A stretch of DNA of 64,000 nucleotides from a virus (taxonomy: Duplodnaviria; Caudoviricetes). Below the pieces are notes generated by a model, which saw only the letters and a program-made list of their open reading frames with translations, was not told the DNA's origin and made no database searches. Within the stretch, counting starts at the first letter, position 1. Every line of letters begins with the position of its first letter. The position numbers and the translations under genes are program-made. The stretch is taken from the IMG/VR virus record IMGVR_UViG_3300028591_000136, positions 1-64,000 of that record, one strand, 5' to 3'. This document shows, one piece after another, positions 1-13,409 of this stretch.

Positions 1-1072
1 TCAGTAAATACTTATCTGCCTCTTTACCAAACTATCCATAAGAATTATACATGTCCTTCCAATGTTTGGTAATTCCGTTTGCACTCCAAGCATTTGCCAT
101 TCCTTTATCATACCATCGCTACGCTAACGATAGTCCATTCAAATCTACATTATTTGTAGGATTTTGATCTTTTTGTTTTTCATAATTAAATCTCTCCCTA
201 GCCAATCTATTACTCTAGGCTCGCAAAGCTAATTCTTGACGTTTGTAATAATTAGTATAATCTGCTTTCGGTCCCATTAAATATTCTTCTTGACTGTCCG
301 CTATATCGTGAGCAAGTTGAATATCAATATTCTTCTTAGTAGGATCTATTCCTGCGGCTTCAAGTCTACGTTTAGCGAGATCTCTATAATAATCGAAATA
401 TGGTGTACCATATAATCCAGGAGCTATTCTATCTGCTATATCTTGCAAATGACGTTTAGCAAAACCTGTATATTGTGCATTCGGATCGTATTTCATTCCA
501 AACGACTCTACATCTGCTTTTGTAAGATCTAACGCAGTTCTGTTATTAAATGATTTTTCTGTAAGATCTTTTAGCGACATAGCTTCTAATGGAGAAGTAA
601 CGTTCCATACATTACCACCAGCAATAGTATCAAAATCATCTAAATTATATCCAAGATATCTCTCGTTTAAATCTGGATCATACTTTCCGGCTCTTTGTAA
701 TAATCCTTTATTTTTAAGATATTCTTTAGCATTCTCAGCACTCTATCTCAACTTAGCTATATCTCCAGTAGGCATACTATATATCAACTGTGCTACAGCT
801 GCTCTACCTTCAGCACTTCTTAGAGGATCAATACCATTAGCATATAGATTATTAATAGTATCTCTTACCTTACCAGTAACGTTCTGGTTGTACCAGTCCA
901 TATCTTTTGCAATAGGGCTCATAAAATCACCGTACTTAGTATTAAAATCCTCTAGCTATTTCTACCCTTTTTCATACATATCCTTAGCTGCTGCTATAGA
1001 CATAGCCATGATCTATGTATCATAAAGGTCTTTTACGGGCATTTGCGCCCATTGATCATACGCGTATACCAT
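1..1072 (-). CDS. Virion/cargo-type protein, runs off the window edge (TAG read-through)
   Basis: ATG at 1072 (MVYAYDQWAQMPVKDLYDT...) is in frame with track ORF 215..580. Only TAG interruptions down to position 1. Confidence 0.7.
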
Positions 1073-2885
1073 ACATCTTATTTATTTTATTACGTTCTAG
1101 AGCTAAATCTTGTTCGTATAAATTCATATTACGATCAAATTGCTTACGTTTAAATTCGTTAGCAAAATATTGTTCTAGAGCGTTCTGTATATTATACAAT
1201 CCCATTTGCATACCCTACTGTCTAGCTGCATGGCCTTTAGCATATGTATCAGCATCCCATTGATATGCTTGTTGAGCTCTCTGCGCTTCTTGATAACCGT
1301 AATTAAGTCTAGCGTTAGCTGCAGCTGCTTTCAACTGGTTGTTCATTTGCTGATGTGAAGCAAGAGCATTTGCTATAGCATCTTGTGTGTTATGTTGAGA
1401 AGCAATAAGATTAGTTGCTCTTTGTCCTGTAGATAGACCTCCAGATCTAAACAAAGCCCTCATTGTTCTATCCTATGCAGCTCTCATTTGTTGAAGTATA
1501 GGTAATTGATCTATATGTAATTTATCTAAATCTGCCAACGAACCTAAATATCTATTTTGTTTATATGAATCTGGTTTAAATATATTTTGATTCGCAGCAT
1601 CTCTATACTAATGATTACCAATCAAAAGCCCACTTAATGCTGGTATAAGATTTGTATACCATTCTGCTCCTTTAGCAGCTTTAAATATCTTATTAATTTT
1701 TCTATTTTGTTTCATATCTCTATCTGCAGCTTGTGCTTGTAATAAATCATTATACCACCCTTCTTTAATTGACTTTTCTACAAATGGTGCGTATTTTTCT
1801 GTTATAACATCATCTGTGTCAAATAGATAAGTATAAGCATCATCATTAGGACCGCGTTTTACTTTGTGTACATAATACTATCCGTCTTCCTTATGAACTA
1901 TCTTTTCGTTCTTTTTTGTCTATGCATTAGATGGTCCATACATCATACCGAAGGCAGTGTCATTTAAATGTGACTTGTATGTCGCTCCTGTTTTAGGATT
2001 TATATTCTCGCCACCATCTTCATAAGTATACAATAATTGCTCGTCCTAATCTCCATATTTTTGGTTTTCTAGTTTTCTTGCTTTTTCTGTAAATGCGTTC
2101 ATTCTAGCATCATTATTCAAAGCTTTACTGAGTAACATAGCGTGACGTATTCTCTTCTCTTCTTCTTCACGTCTACTACTACCACCAAATAATCCAGCAA
2201 TACCTCCGAGAACACCTCCAGCTATAGTACCAGCTACAGTACCTACACCAGGTATAACACTACCTAAAGCAGCTCCAGCACTAGCTCCTGTAGTTGTGGC
2301 TCCTATTGTACCAGAAGTGATCTCACTGTTTACTTGATCCATTGCAGGTGATCCGTTTATTTGATTATGACGTTCATAAGATATACCATCACCTATATCA
2401 ACATTAGAAGTACCTGCCTACATCATTAATTCTTCTGGATTTATTTTAGCTCTACTCATTTCGCTCACCTGACCGTAAAGCTACATAGCACCAAGCGCTC
2501 CTTGAGCAACACCTAAAAGTTTTCCACCTACATTTTTAGATGCTTTTGGTGTTGTAGAAGAATTTACTTTTGTTTTTAATGAATCTAATTCTGCTGTAGA
2601 CGGTTTTGTAATTTCATTTACAGGATTTATAGATTTTGAAAATGCTCCTAACTAATCAGGTTCTATTAGTTTTGCCATTCCTGGTCGTGTAGGAATTTCT
2701 ATCGGCAGTTGTCTAGCAAAGTCTGAAGTATCAAATGTCGACTTAAATTGCTCCATAGGCTAGTACTTATATGGCAAGTTATCGTGATAAAGTTTATTAA
2801 AATTATCATATACAGCCATCATAGGACTTCTACCAGTACTATATTTAGGAAGATTATTTATATATTTTCTATCTTTTAATTCCAT
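1056..2885 (-). CDS. Putative ejected/cargo virion protein, ~609 aa, with a Gly-rich hydrophobic segment (TAG read-through)
   Basis: Track ORFs 2046..2342 and 1215..1463 share a frame and join via TAG. ATG 2885, TGA 1056. Contains GAALGSVIPGVGTVAGTIAGGVLGGIAGLFGG. Confidence 0.7.
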
Positions 2886-5800
2886 GATATTCTATATTTA
2901 GTTGTTACGTAATGCAAAGAAAAATCAGAATCGTTGGAACTAGAAGATATTTCTACTTGCATTATCTTACCTCTTAATCTATCACCCCAATCAGCAGTTT
3001 TCCAGTTACCATTATCATCTTGCCCTGCTCTTGGTATAGTTAATCTAAAATCGTATTCCTGATTTACAACTGCTTTGTTTCCATTTGCAATTCCTTTTTG
3101 TTTTAACGGAGTTGTATATATAAACTTAAGTGGAGTTAAACGTGTAGTATTTCTTTCATGTAAACTATCATCATATCCTCCACCATAAAATCTACCGCCA
3201 AACGTTTGTATGTCGAATGTTTTTGTAATATCTGAAGCATTATTTACTACAAATTTTACTTTTGGATGTACTGGCTGATCAAACAACGTAACACCGTCAG
3301 AATCACTACTCGTTCCATATGTATACAAACAATCTTGACTATTATTATTACCGATCATATATAATAGATTGTCACATATTGTATAAAACAATGGAGAGAA
3401 TTTGTATACTGCTGTAAACTATTGTATTGCATCATTATATACGATAGATTCGTCTTTATTTAAAACTTTGCATATCAGTTCATTATGGTCTACATCGTAA
3501 CTTATAGATGGCCAAGATGCTGGTTCTCCATGAGTCAAGTAGTTTCTAACAGTTTTTGCTAAACCTAGTGGTACTACTGAGAATCCGTCTGTATATTGTA
3601 ATATCTCTCTTCTTTCTTCATCCCACCAGTATAAACTATTATTTGTAGCACAACTTGTATAATGATTTGGTTTCTGTCCGTATATCTGAGTAATGTAGTC
3701 AAATCTTTGTAATACAGAACCATCACCAAGTATAATCTATGCATCATCCATAGACTATATAATAGTACGTTCATTAGTACTAATTATACCTGCAGCGTTA
3801 TTCTACCAGAATAGCAACTTATCTTTAAACAGCTTTAGATCTGTTATTTCTCCAAATCTTGTATCAACATCCAAGAAGTTATTCTATTTTATATCAAGCC
3901 AACTATCTATTGTTTCGTTATTCTTTTTCTCCGAAGAATAGAATATACGTGTGTCATATATATTTGTTTCTCCAGCAGTACTGTTATCTGATATTCTTGG
4001 AATTATATTTGTACTACAACTATATCCACTATTATATCTGTAAGAATCGTGTTCCTATACATAACCGTCTGCGTCTCCTTCTATTCTTTTATTCTGTATT
4101 TTATACTCTCCATCAGTATACCCAACTCCATTTCTAAACAATGTTCCAAATGTAGCTCTAAGGTTTACATCACTTTCTATAGCTACATCATATATTGTAG
4201 CCATTTTATTTAATTGTCTATTATATACAGAATTATACCACCAATGTAAAGCATTATATTTGAAATGCCCAAAGAACGTGTCTCCGCCAGTTAATATAAG
4301 ATTTGTTCTTATTATATTATCATTACTTTCTGGGAGTTTTATGTGGTTTCCTACAGAGTAATATTTGCTGCCAAGAATAGCACTTTCATTATATCCGTTG
4401 TAAGGTTTTGCTGTTTGTTTTACATTTGCTATATAAATTCTTGGAGATGTTGGATTAATTGCATCTTCTATATTATATCTATTTATATTTTGTTCTGATA
4501 ATAAAAACAATATTAGATCATCTCCGCCACCTATAGGATACCAAGCTAAATTTGAAACCCAAGCTGCAGTTGAATCTTGATCTTCGTAATAACCATATCC
4601 AGATTCAAAATCACTGTCTATAGTATTATTCCAATATTTTTTTACATATTCTCCAACAGTATTATCAGCAAAACCATAATCGGTTACGTTTTTACCTAAA
4701 TAACCAAGAGACCAATTTATAAAAGAAACGTTGTTTATTGATGTTATTTGATCAAATGCATTTATATTGTCGTTTTGTATAAATTTATCGTGATCTCTAG
4801 CAGTTACAAATCCAATACCAGAAAAATTAGAATATTTTACAGGTGTAAGTAAACTTTTTTGATTGGTGTGCCAATAAGATTCTGTATCTTGTGGATTATT
4901 TAACTATCCAAACCAATTAAAAAATACAACATTTCTATTTCCTGATGTAAACTATGCTTGCGGTATATTATAAGAACCGCCTATTAAATCTCCACGTATT
5001 GATTTTGCTCTACTTTGAAGATTTATAAATCCTGCATTTAACCTTAGATATTTTACATCATTTCCATTTTCTGTCGTTGTATATTCTTTAAATCCTAATC
5101 CAGCATTTAACAAATTTCTATTATCATTATTTGTAGAAGGATACGCATTTACATCATCATATACAGATTGATATGATCTATTTCCGTAATCTGCATAGTT
5201 ATAAGGTACTGGACTATGAACCCATGTATTACTATCGTCAATTAAACGATAAAAGCCACTGTTGTAGTTATCTATGACTTTATATCCAGAAAAAGATTCT
5301 CCTTTTTCTTTATAATAAGAATTTACATCTCTTCTATCGATAATATGTAAACTTACTACATTATTTTTGTTATTTAATATATCCTATACCTACGTTTTAT
5401 TATAACAATATTCAGGACAGGCAAACATTAATAGTTTATTATTCTTTTCTAATGTAGTTGTATTATTTTCTATTATGTGCCATGTTGTTTGCCTGCTATT
5501 ATTATCATTTGCGTCTTCTATAATAGTAGCATTATCGTTTATATCAACATCATCTAATGTAAAAAATCCTGGATTAAATAGATACGAATCACCATATACT
5601 TTATGTGTAGCACCTACAATACCCTAGAACAATGTATATTTATCTTTTTCTTCTCTTTGACATCTTACAATATCATATCCAGATACTCCCATGTCACTAG
5701 GTATATCTACAAAGAACTGTAACCCTATATGATAATTATAATATATCTCTGGATCATTTTGTAGACTACTAGGTTGTAATAATCCTTTATAATAATCAGG

Positions 5801-7630
5801 TATCTAAATGTCAGCTATCCATTTTACAGGAGATTGTCTACCAGCGCTATCGTACAATACAATACCAAATCTATATACTTCTCCAGATCTATATTTAGGA
5901 TTTATGTCTTGTGTTTTAACGTACTTCCATTTTATATATTTACCAATGCCATTATACCATTCTTCTGAATTATTTTTTATAGTATAATAAATATTTTGGT
6001 TATCAAACGAACCTATCCATATACCTTTTAATTGTACATTTTTAATTTTATAATAAGTTTGAAGAGATTCGCTATATCGTGAACCAATACTATCCTATTC
6101 TACTATAAAAGACCTTACTTTATCTTTTATAATTGGAGTTATATTATATGAAGAAGATATACCATGAGAACCGATTAACTAGTTAGTTTGATGTTGTAAA
6201 ACGTTTTCTTCATTTGCACTTTCTACTACATCATAATCGCAAATTACATAAAGATTTGCAATATCTCTAGTATATGAAGAATCAAATTTGACATTTAACT
6301 CAGTATCATCATTTAGTGCAGATTGTATATTTGTAGCTAGTATACAATGTTCATTATCATAATATCCATTATTAGTATCATTTCCGGATATATTTATTAT
6401 ATTTGGATATATTTCCTTCCAATTATCATAATCCCAATCAATATGTTCTCCATCAAACTGATTGTGTTTTAACTTTGATAAATCAGAAAAACTATCAAAA
6501 TTTATATTGTTTGCAGAATACTATCCGCCTGTCTAACTAAATATAGAATTACCATCATACGTATTACCAGTACTATACGATCTAGCATCAAATCCTCCAA
6601 ATCCAGTTATAGTATCAGCAACACTGTCTTTAACATTTGCTAAATACAGAATATCTCCTTTAGATTCTATTATTTTAGGGATTAATCTGGTCTATATATT
6701 AGATAGAAACTCAGCATTAGATACGTCTTCTATAGAATTGCCTACATCTGTTATTTGCAGATTCCCTACAAATTTCTGGTCCGTTATTAATTCTACTACT
6801 GGTTGTTGACCATTTTGTACATATGTTATTCTATATATCTGTATATAAATGTCTCCTGTAGCATTTGTGTTTGTTATAGACAAATCTATTGCTTTATCAG
6901 AATTTTCTACAGTATCATATCCTTGATATGCGTTTTTGTATAAATATATAGGAGCAGTCAATGGAGATATATCTGATGCAGCACCGTTTTGTAAATACAA
7001 TCTATAACAGTATTGCAACATTGCAGGTTTTAATTGACCTGTTGAATCAGATATAGAAGCTGTCAATGTTGGTAAATCCGATGCATTGTACGTAAATGCT
7101 TTCTTAAATACGTCTTTCTAATTTAATTCCGAATGATCTAATACAGAATATGTTTTGTTATATACATTGATTGACATTATTTCGTGTATTCCGTCAGCTA
7201 TATACAGCTTTATATTCTTATCAGACTCCCAACGTAATACGGTAGATAATTTTTTAAATACAGGTTTATCATCGCTATCTACTTCCCATATTCTTTCTTC
7301 GCTAGGACCAAATACATTAACAAAATCTGTAGACCCTTTCTACCATTTTACTATTCTCCATGTATTTTGTTTATACAAAATAGCAACACACAAATCTCTT
7401 ATAGACGTAAGAGCAAGAACCTTTTCTCCATCAAACACAGGATTATCAGATATCTATATTTGATCTGTACCATCTATCATATGGATTTCTCCATTAGAAC
7501 CATCTTTATCTGTAGTTATTCTAACATTTTCAGCAAATCTATACTTACTAGACTCAATAAGGATATCAGATGTATCTGTATCCATACCTTTTACGAAAGT
7601 ATTTGTCTGTTGGTTCTTATTAATATCCAT
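2876..7630 (-). CDS. crAss-like tail stabilization/muzzle protein, ~1584 aa (TAG read-through)
   Basis: N-terminus MDINKNQQTNTFVKGMDTD...YRFAENVRI resembles crAss stabilization proteins. Fragments 6692..7066, 4055..4510 and 2876..3391 are all in one frame. C-terminus GDRLRGK...YRISWN. Confidence 0.75.
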
Positions 7631-8486
7631 TGTAGTAATCGTTATAGATTAATTCTCTCTTATTATCGTTTCTAAAGAATGTATCATCAGACTCAAACTC
7701 AGGTACAAGTCTATTCCATTCATTCTTTATAGCTCTCATATCATCTGCAGTAGGCATCATAGCTTCAGCATAAGCCTAGTTTCTATAGAAGTTCCATTGC
7801 TGTTGTATATATGTATAACTATTAGCAGCATATTTCTGTGCATATTTAGAGTTACCTCCTAAAGAACCATTCAACCATTTTGGGAATGATAACTTCATTA
7901 CAACATACCAATATATTGCTTCTTGGTAAGATGTAAGATCTGGTATAAGTGGATAACCTCTTTCATCTACAGCAATAGCTTTATAAGCTAACTTAACATA
8001 ACCCTATGACTTATTCGTAACTAACCAGCCAGGTTTAATAAAGTACTCTGGTTTGCATTCTCTACCAGCTTCTAAAGTAAAGTATTTACCAACCTATGTA
8101 AACATCTAACCTTGTGTAGTTATAGCTTTTTCGCGCATTGGCTGGTGTTGCTCTATAGGTTTGTTATGCTTTCTATGTGGCTCCCTAAATATACTTGTAC
8201 TAATAGTCATAGGAACCCACGGACCTTTCTTTGAATTTGAATAAGCCACGCCATCTAGAACAACTAGATCACTGGGGAGTGGGACTTGATTGTCTTGTAT
8301 TTCTAACAAAGGGAAGTCTTCTGTACCACCCTCTTTCATGATATACTGCATAGGAGCACCAATCTTGTCCACGGCTTCAAATATCCATTCCTTTATATCA
8401 GTTGTTCTCTATCGAACTTCTGTGGAATCTAAATCAGCCATGATCTTAGCAATGACTGATTCACACCTTGTATAATTGTATATCAT
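7620..8486 (-). CDS. Putative tail ring/tubular structural protein, 288 aa (TAG read-through)
   Basis: ATG 8486 (MIYNYTRCESVIAKIMADLD) is in frame with fragment 8106..8372. TAA at 7620 overlaps the next start. Position in the tail module. Confidence 0.65.
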
Positions 8487-8904
8487 TTATATCTATATAA
8501 TCGTGTTTGTTAAATATTAATTGAGCTAGTCTACGTTTGTTTTGTCTGACTAAACATAGTTGATATTTATATCTATCTGGGAATGTCCTAGGTATCTTAG
8601 ACCAGTATAATCTATATTTATTACCATCAGAATGTTCATTCAAATGATAGATCTTCTTATCATATTCTTTACTAGCTTTGTAATCTACAGACAGAGATTG
8701 TGGTGTAAACGTCTTAGGTTTATACTTACCTATTTGTATAAAACCTAGTCCATAAGGCATTTTAAAGCCTTCTGAGCGTTCTAATACGTGTTCTAGGATA
8801 ACATTACACATCTCGTCTAAAATGCGCTTGTAGAGGCTATAATCAACGTCTACGGGCATTTTACGATACATATCCCTGAATGTAACTGAATTCTTACTCC
8901 TCAT
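8461..8904 (-). CDS. HU/IHF-like DNA-binding protein of crAss-like phages
   Basis: Basic 147-aa protein with an HU-like helix followed by GFKMPYGLGFIQI beta motif. Typical position in the crAss tail module. Confidence 0.6.
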   Translation of the reverse strand: MRSKNSVTFRDMYRKMPVDVDYSLYKRILDEMCNVILEHVLERSEGFKMPYGLGFIQIGKYKPKTFTPQSLSVDYKASKEYDKKIYHLNEHSDGNKYRLYWSKIPRTFPDRYKYQLCLVRQNKRRLAQLIFNKHDYIDINDIQLYKV

Positions 8905-9625
8905 CGTCTTGTGGTCCGTGTGGTTTTACGCTAGCAAGAGTAGCGTTATTACTATCATCGCTAGGACGGTTAAGCATAAACGACAGTTCATTCTTTATAA
9001 TCCTTTCTTTAATTCCAGGAACCATCCATGCTGGTATTTGGACATTGTCTTCATCATCAGCATCATCTTCATCATCCTGATCTACTTCGTATAGACCTAG
9101 AACATAGATGTACTATAACTCTCCTCCATCAACAAGTCCCTAAACGTAAATATGACCGTCGTCTTTATAGTACGCGGTCATGTCTCCAAATGTATACTTC
9201 CTATGGTATTGATAATGTCTACGTATATGATCCATATACTGTATATTCTCTCCTTCTTGATCATGTACAGCTAATACACTACGTGGATGATTATCAAGTA
9301 AATCTAAACCAGCAGCTTCGCTCAATGTCTAGACTGTTCTCTTGGTATTTGATGGACCTGTATTCTCTTCAAGCTCTTCTAGCTCCATAGGACCTGTTTC
9401 CTTCTATACCAGAAACTCATCGTCCAACAACTCGTCCCAATCAATTCTATTAAGCCTAGCGAGTTCTTTCTTTCTATCTTGTTCTTCTTTCCACAACTGG
9501 CGCTTGTATGCTTTTATCCAGGAATGTATCTATGCTCTAGAAAGATCCTCGCTTTCACTTATGTAGTTATTTCTAACCAAAAGAAGTATATCATCTGTTA
9601 ATTCTTTAAGTGAAATCTTCTTCAT
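8894..9625 (-). CDS. Putative tail ring/adaptor protein, 243 aa (TAG read-through)
   Basis: ATG 9625 (MKKISLKELTDDILLLVRNN) is in frame with fragment 9140..9325. TAA at 8894. Confidence 0.65.
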
Positions 9626-9626
9626 G

Positions 9627-10286
9627 TTATTTAGTAGCTTCAACAACTCTTACATCTTCACTCTTAAGTAAGTCGTTGGTGTTTTCTATTTTATACTAAT
9701 ATTTGGTAACTTTCTTAAAATCTAGAGTGAATAATCTCTTAAGGAAGTTCTTTTTGTTTTTATACTCTCTACTAGAGTAAAGGAAGATATATTGGGTGTT
9801 CTTTAGTTTTATACCTACATTTACTGTATCTTTGCCTATAGTATAGTATACTTTAGTAAGATCATTATACTATATACTGTCTGTATATACTGTATCTTTT
9901 AATATCTCGGTTAGGTCACCCCCTACCCCCTTACCCTCATTAACGTATATAATCTACGTTTGAGTTGCTGCTGTATTTACTTGCTTGGGTTTTATCTTTA
10001 ATTTATTACGTACACTATCTAAATCTTGCAGCAATTTATCGTTCTATTGATGGAGAGTTTCGATGTCAAGCCTTAAAACATTATTGGCCTACTAGGATCC
10101 AGCAAGTGAACCCTAATAGGCCTCAATGTTATTCTAAGCCATTTCCAGGCTTTCTGACAGCTTTTTATTCTATTTGCTTAGAGTTATCCCCCAAGCTAAC
10201 AAAAGTCCAACAGAGAGGCCTAAAACGGCCTTAAAAAGGCTTTTACGATTCGATACTATCCAGCTTAGGATTGTTAGTATGTTCAT
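9627..10286 (-). CDS. Spanin-like lysis protein (N-terminal TM plus coiled coil), 219 aa, 9 in-frame TAG
   Basis: Absent from the ORF track. Translates as MNILTILSWIVSNRKSLFKAVLGLSVGLLLAWGITLSK(Q)NKKLSESLEMA(Q)NNIEAY... and overlaps the holin end. Confidence 0.65.
9941..9968 (-). promoter_or_regulatory. Putative ECF-sigma-type internal late promoter GCAAC-N18-CGTTA
   Basis: Minus strand reads GCAAC tcaaacgtagattatata CGTTA, the same motif as the two divergent sites at 46.65-46.73 kb. Confidence 0.45.
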
Positions 10287-10761
10287 CGTTTAAATCTATT
10301 TCTATTCCTGTATAATCTTCACCTTTCTTCTTAAGGAATTTACCAAGTGCTTTCCAAGGGCCATCTGGATTCAAAGTATTCAGATTCTCCAAGATAGACC
10401 ATAACTCAGTCAAAGCTATAATAACTGTAGATCCACCTGTCAGTACAAATACTCCTTGTTCACCAAGCACTGCCAATTCAAGTAATCTTGCTAAGGAGAT
10501 TATTACCATCTCATCAGCTAGCTTTGTTAAAGTACCCTTCCAACCTTTATGGCTTTCAATCTTCTTATTTTGTTTGCAGGCTACCTTTATTCCATAGAAC
10601 ATATCTACAGCGGTAAACGCAAAGCAAGCAACAAGTAAAGCTGCGATTGGAGAATAAAATGCAGTTAGCGCACTACCTACGACTATACCAGCCTTTCCGT
10701 ACCAAGTACCTGCAGAAAGGCCATTAAACATTTTCCCAATTGAGCTTAAAATAGGCATCAT
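10243..10761 (-). CDS. Phage holin (Bacteroidota holin-like, multi-TM)
   Basis: Several hydrophobic segments and the motifs VDMFYGIKVA, S.KGWKGTL.KL and ELWSILENL. Tandem ATG ATG start. No TAG. Confidence 0.75.
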   Translation of the reverse strand: MMPILSSIGKMFNGLSAGTWYGKAGIVVGSALTAFYSPIAALLVACFAFTAVDMFYGIKVACKQNKKIESHKGWKGTLTKLADEMVIISLARLLELAVLGEQGVFVLTGGSTVIIALTELWSILENLNTLNPDGPWKALGKFLKKKGEDYTGIEIDLNDEHTNNPKLDSIES

Positions 10762-10763
10762 AA

Positions 10764-11465
10764 TCAATCCCCCTCATACCAATTAACAGGCTGTATATCA
10801 AAGCTTACAACACCATTATCGTTTCTTCTAAGTCGTATATTGTTGTCGGAATATGAACCAGATACAATATAGATATCTTGCTGAGGCTCTGTATCAGATG
10901 CATTATTAATCTCAATTTGTACAGGATCGTTAATATCGGCTTCGCTAGAACTACTTACTAGTTCAAAAGCATTTTTAAGATCTACAGTAATTGTTCTTAT
11001 GTTTCCTTTAAAACCAGGTTCATAAACGTTAGCAACTATTACTAGATCATATACGCCTAGATATTTCTGTACTTCTGCTGGGAATAGTACTTTTACTATC
11101 TATGGGTCTTGGGTATGCATTACTTCAGCTTGATACTCAAGTACTGGCATTTCTCCAATAGGAAGACACTTGTCCCAATTTGGTTTTACACCAAAGCCAT
11201 TGTACTGGTTATACACTCTTACATGATATCTAGGATTACCATTAGAGTTTATACAGTAAGCATTTGGTGTATATTCATCTACGAAAGGCTCGATAGGAAA
11301 TCTGCCAATAAATCTATTCTTCTTTATATACTCCTTTTCAAGCTTTTCTTTAAGAGTAGTATTTACGAAGATAGCTCTCATAGATTGTATATTAGTGTAG
11401 TCAACTTCATCACCGAGAGAAAGGCTTACCTGAAGCTTAACATCGTTTCCTATTCTTATCTTCAT
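10764..11465 (-). CDS. Hypothetical structural protein, 233 aa (TAG read-through)
   Basis: Track ORF 11100..11465 continues through one TAG to TGA at 10764, next to the holin start. Confidence 0.65.
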
Positions 11466-11475
11466 AGTATTAAAA

Positions 11476-11510
11476 TAAAAAAGCCGGAATGGGCGTAGCC
11501 CACCCCAGCT
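11476..11510 (-). terminator. Intrinsic terminator after the 347-aa structural gene
   Basis: Minus strand AAGCTGGGGTGGGC-TAC-GCCCATTCCGGCTTTTTT: hairpin plus U tract. Confidence 0.7.
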
Positions 11511-11518
11511 TAGTTAAT

Positions 11519-12562
11519 TCATTCTTTTGTGTTGTCAATCTGAGCAGCAACACCTGGATTGGTACCATCACCAGCAAGAACATCAGTGATCATATCGGTA
11601 TCACCAACCATATAAATCTCAACAGACTGCTTCGTCTTGCGGAACAAATCATCGGCAGTGCGGTACATATTCTCAAATTCGAGAGTAATCACATTGTAAT
11701 GATTGTTCAAATTGGTTTCCATAGCAGGCTTGATGATTGGCCATGTGCCCTCACCACGGTTCAGAATACCTTCGTAACCCATAGCCTGAGCCTCGCGATC
11801 ACGAACAAGCTTAGCAGAACCAACGTGAGTCTTACCAGGAACCTTGGTGATAGCAACACCCTTGGGGAAGTTCTTGTTCAGAGATTCCCAACCTTCAGCT
11901 GCAGGATCAGTCCAATAGATGTTTGCGTTGAAACGAACCTTGTTGTACCAGTTAATAGTATCAACAGACTCGTCATCGTCATACTTCATAGCAGTAATGA
12001 CAACCTTCTCAGAACCTGCAGTAGTAGTAGCGGCTGCAGTTACACGAGCACGCTTCCACTCTTTGTTGATCATATTAGCGATTGCTGTAGCGATAGTAGC
12101 CTTCGTATCACCCTCATTAGTAACATACTCATAACTCTCAGTCCACTTACGGAAGCGATGAGGCATATCCTTGAACGTCAGACGAACAATGATACGCTTA
12201 CCGCCCTTAGCAAACTCTGTGAGAACAGCAGCGTCAAGGCTGTGAAGATCGATCGTAACAACGTCCTCGGTGTCAGCAGCATATGGAGCTACTGTCCAAC
12301 CCTTGATGTCGGCAACGTTGATAAAGTTAGACCACTTGATATTGGGCACATTAGTAACAGCACCGGTATGAGGATTGATCTGCTTATCGGTCTTGCCGGT
12401 AAACATACCGATCTTAAAACGTGCTGAAGTATCATCAGCTGCCTTGTTCTGGTCAAAATCCCAGATAATAAACTGGCCCTTGTTGCCACTGCTGAGGCTT
12501 GATGCAAGAGCTGAAGAAGTGCTGTCATTGCTGACAAACACAGTATTTACGTATGTAATCAT
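11519..12562 (-). CDS. Abundant virion protein (auxiliary capsid protein-like), 347 aa
   Basis: TAG-free, with the same C-ending codon bias as the MCP and its own terminator. Located downstream of the MCP/ring genes. Confidence 0.6.
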   Translation of the reverse strand: MITYVNTVFVSNDSTSSALASSLSSGNKGQFIIWDFDQNKAADDTSARFKIGMFTGKTDKQINPHTGAVTNVPNIKWSNFINVADIKGWTVAPYAADTEDVVTIDLHSLDAAVLTEFAKGGKRIIVRLTFKDMPHRFRKWTESYEYVTNEGDTKATIATAIANMINKEWKRARVTAAATTTAGSEKVVITAMKYDDDESVDTINWYNKVRFNANIYWTDPAAEGWESLNKNFPKGVAITKVPGKTHVGSAKLVRDREAQAMGYEGILNRGEGTWPIIKPAMETNLNNHYNVITLEFENMYRTADDLFRKTKQSVEIYMVGDTDMITDVLAGDGTNPGVAAQIDNTKE

Positions 12563-12639
12563 AATTAAATTAATTTATTCTACTCCCCCTATATTTCAAT
12601 GTCTAGACCTAACTAGCTGGGGTTTCCACGTTTAAATTG

Positions 12640-13407
12640 TTATTCTTGTGTGAGTACTTCTTGTGATAGAGTTCTATAGCGAGGATCAGACTAGTTTTCA
12701 ACATACATCTGAGCTGCTATTTTAATAATCTCCATCCATATATTGTCCTCGAAATCCGTGTACTCAGCATACGGATCTGTTGGTTTTATCTCGGTCGGTA
12801 CCTTTAGATAACCTAAAGAATACCTATGTATTTTATATTTCTTGTCGGTCAACAGTTTAAAGCCGTCCTTAGTTCTAACTCTCAACGGTCTCGCTCTGTG
12901 ATAACGATAATGAAAATCGGTAAGAGAATTGTTAATACGATACATGAAATTATCAGCCGTACATTCGAACACACAAGTGTCCATAAGGTAGTCATCATTT
13001 AAATCAGATATTACAACATCTTCATTTAATACGTATAGCATATCATCTGGATAATTGCATTCGTAACTATCATAGTTGTAATGATTGTTTTCGTAATGCC
13101 ATCTAGATTCTTTACCTGCAGTACCATCAGAAAGTACAACAGGGAAATAGTCTCCCATTCTCCATGTTGTATCTTCATCTGTATTTATCTCTACATTTAC
13201 AAGTAGATTAATCAAGTCTCTTGTACGTTTTTCATTTTGTTCATACGAAGTACGTTTAGGAGCATTGCCATTAAATCTGTCCTTAACAAACTTCATCACA
13301 GCTTGGTTGATCCAATATACTGAATCATCTGTGACCGGCTTTTCTAATGCATCATCCAGCTTATTAATTTCAAGCTCAAATGAAGCTATTAAGTCAATGC
13401 ATCTCAT
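12640..13407 (-). CDS. Ring/neck protein paralog, 255 aa (TAG read-through)
   Basis: Track ORF 12691..13413 extended through TAG to TAA at 12640. N-terminal F...INK...WIN.A and C-terminal EII.IAA motifs are shared with its neighbours. Confidence 0.65.
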
Positions 13408-13409
13408 AA

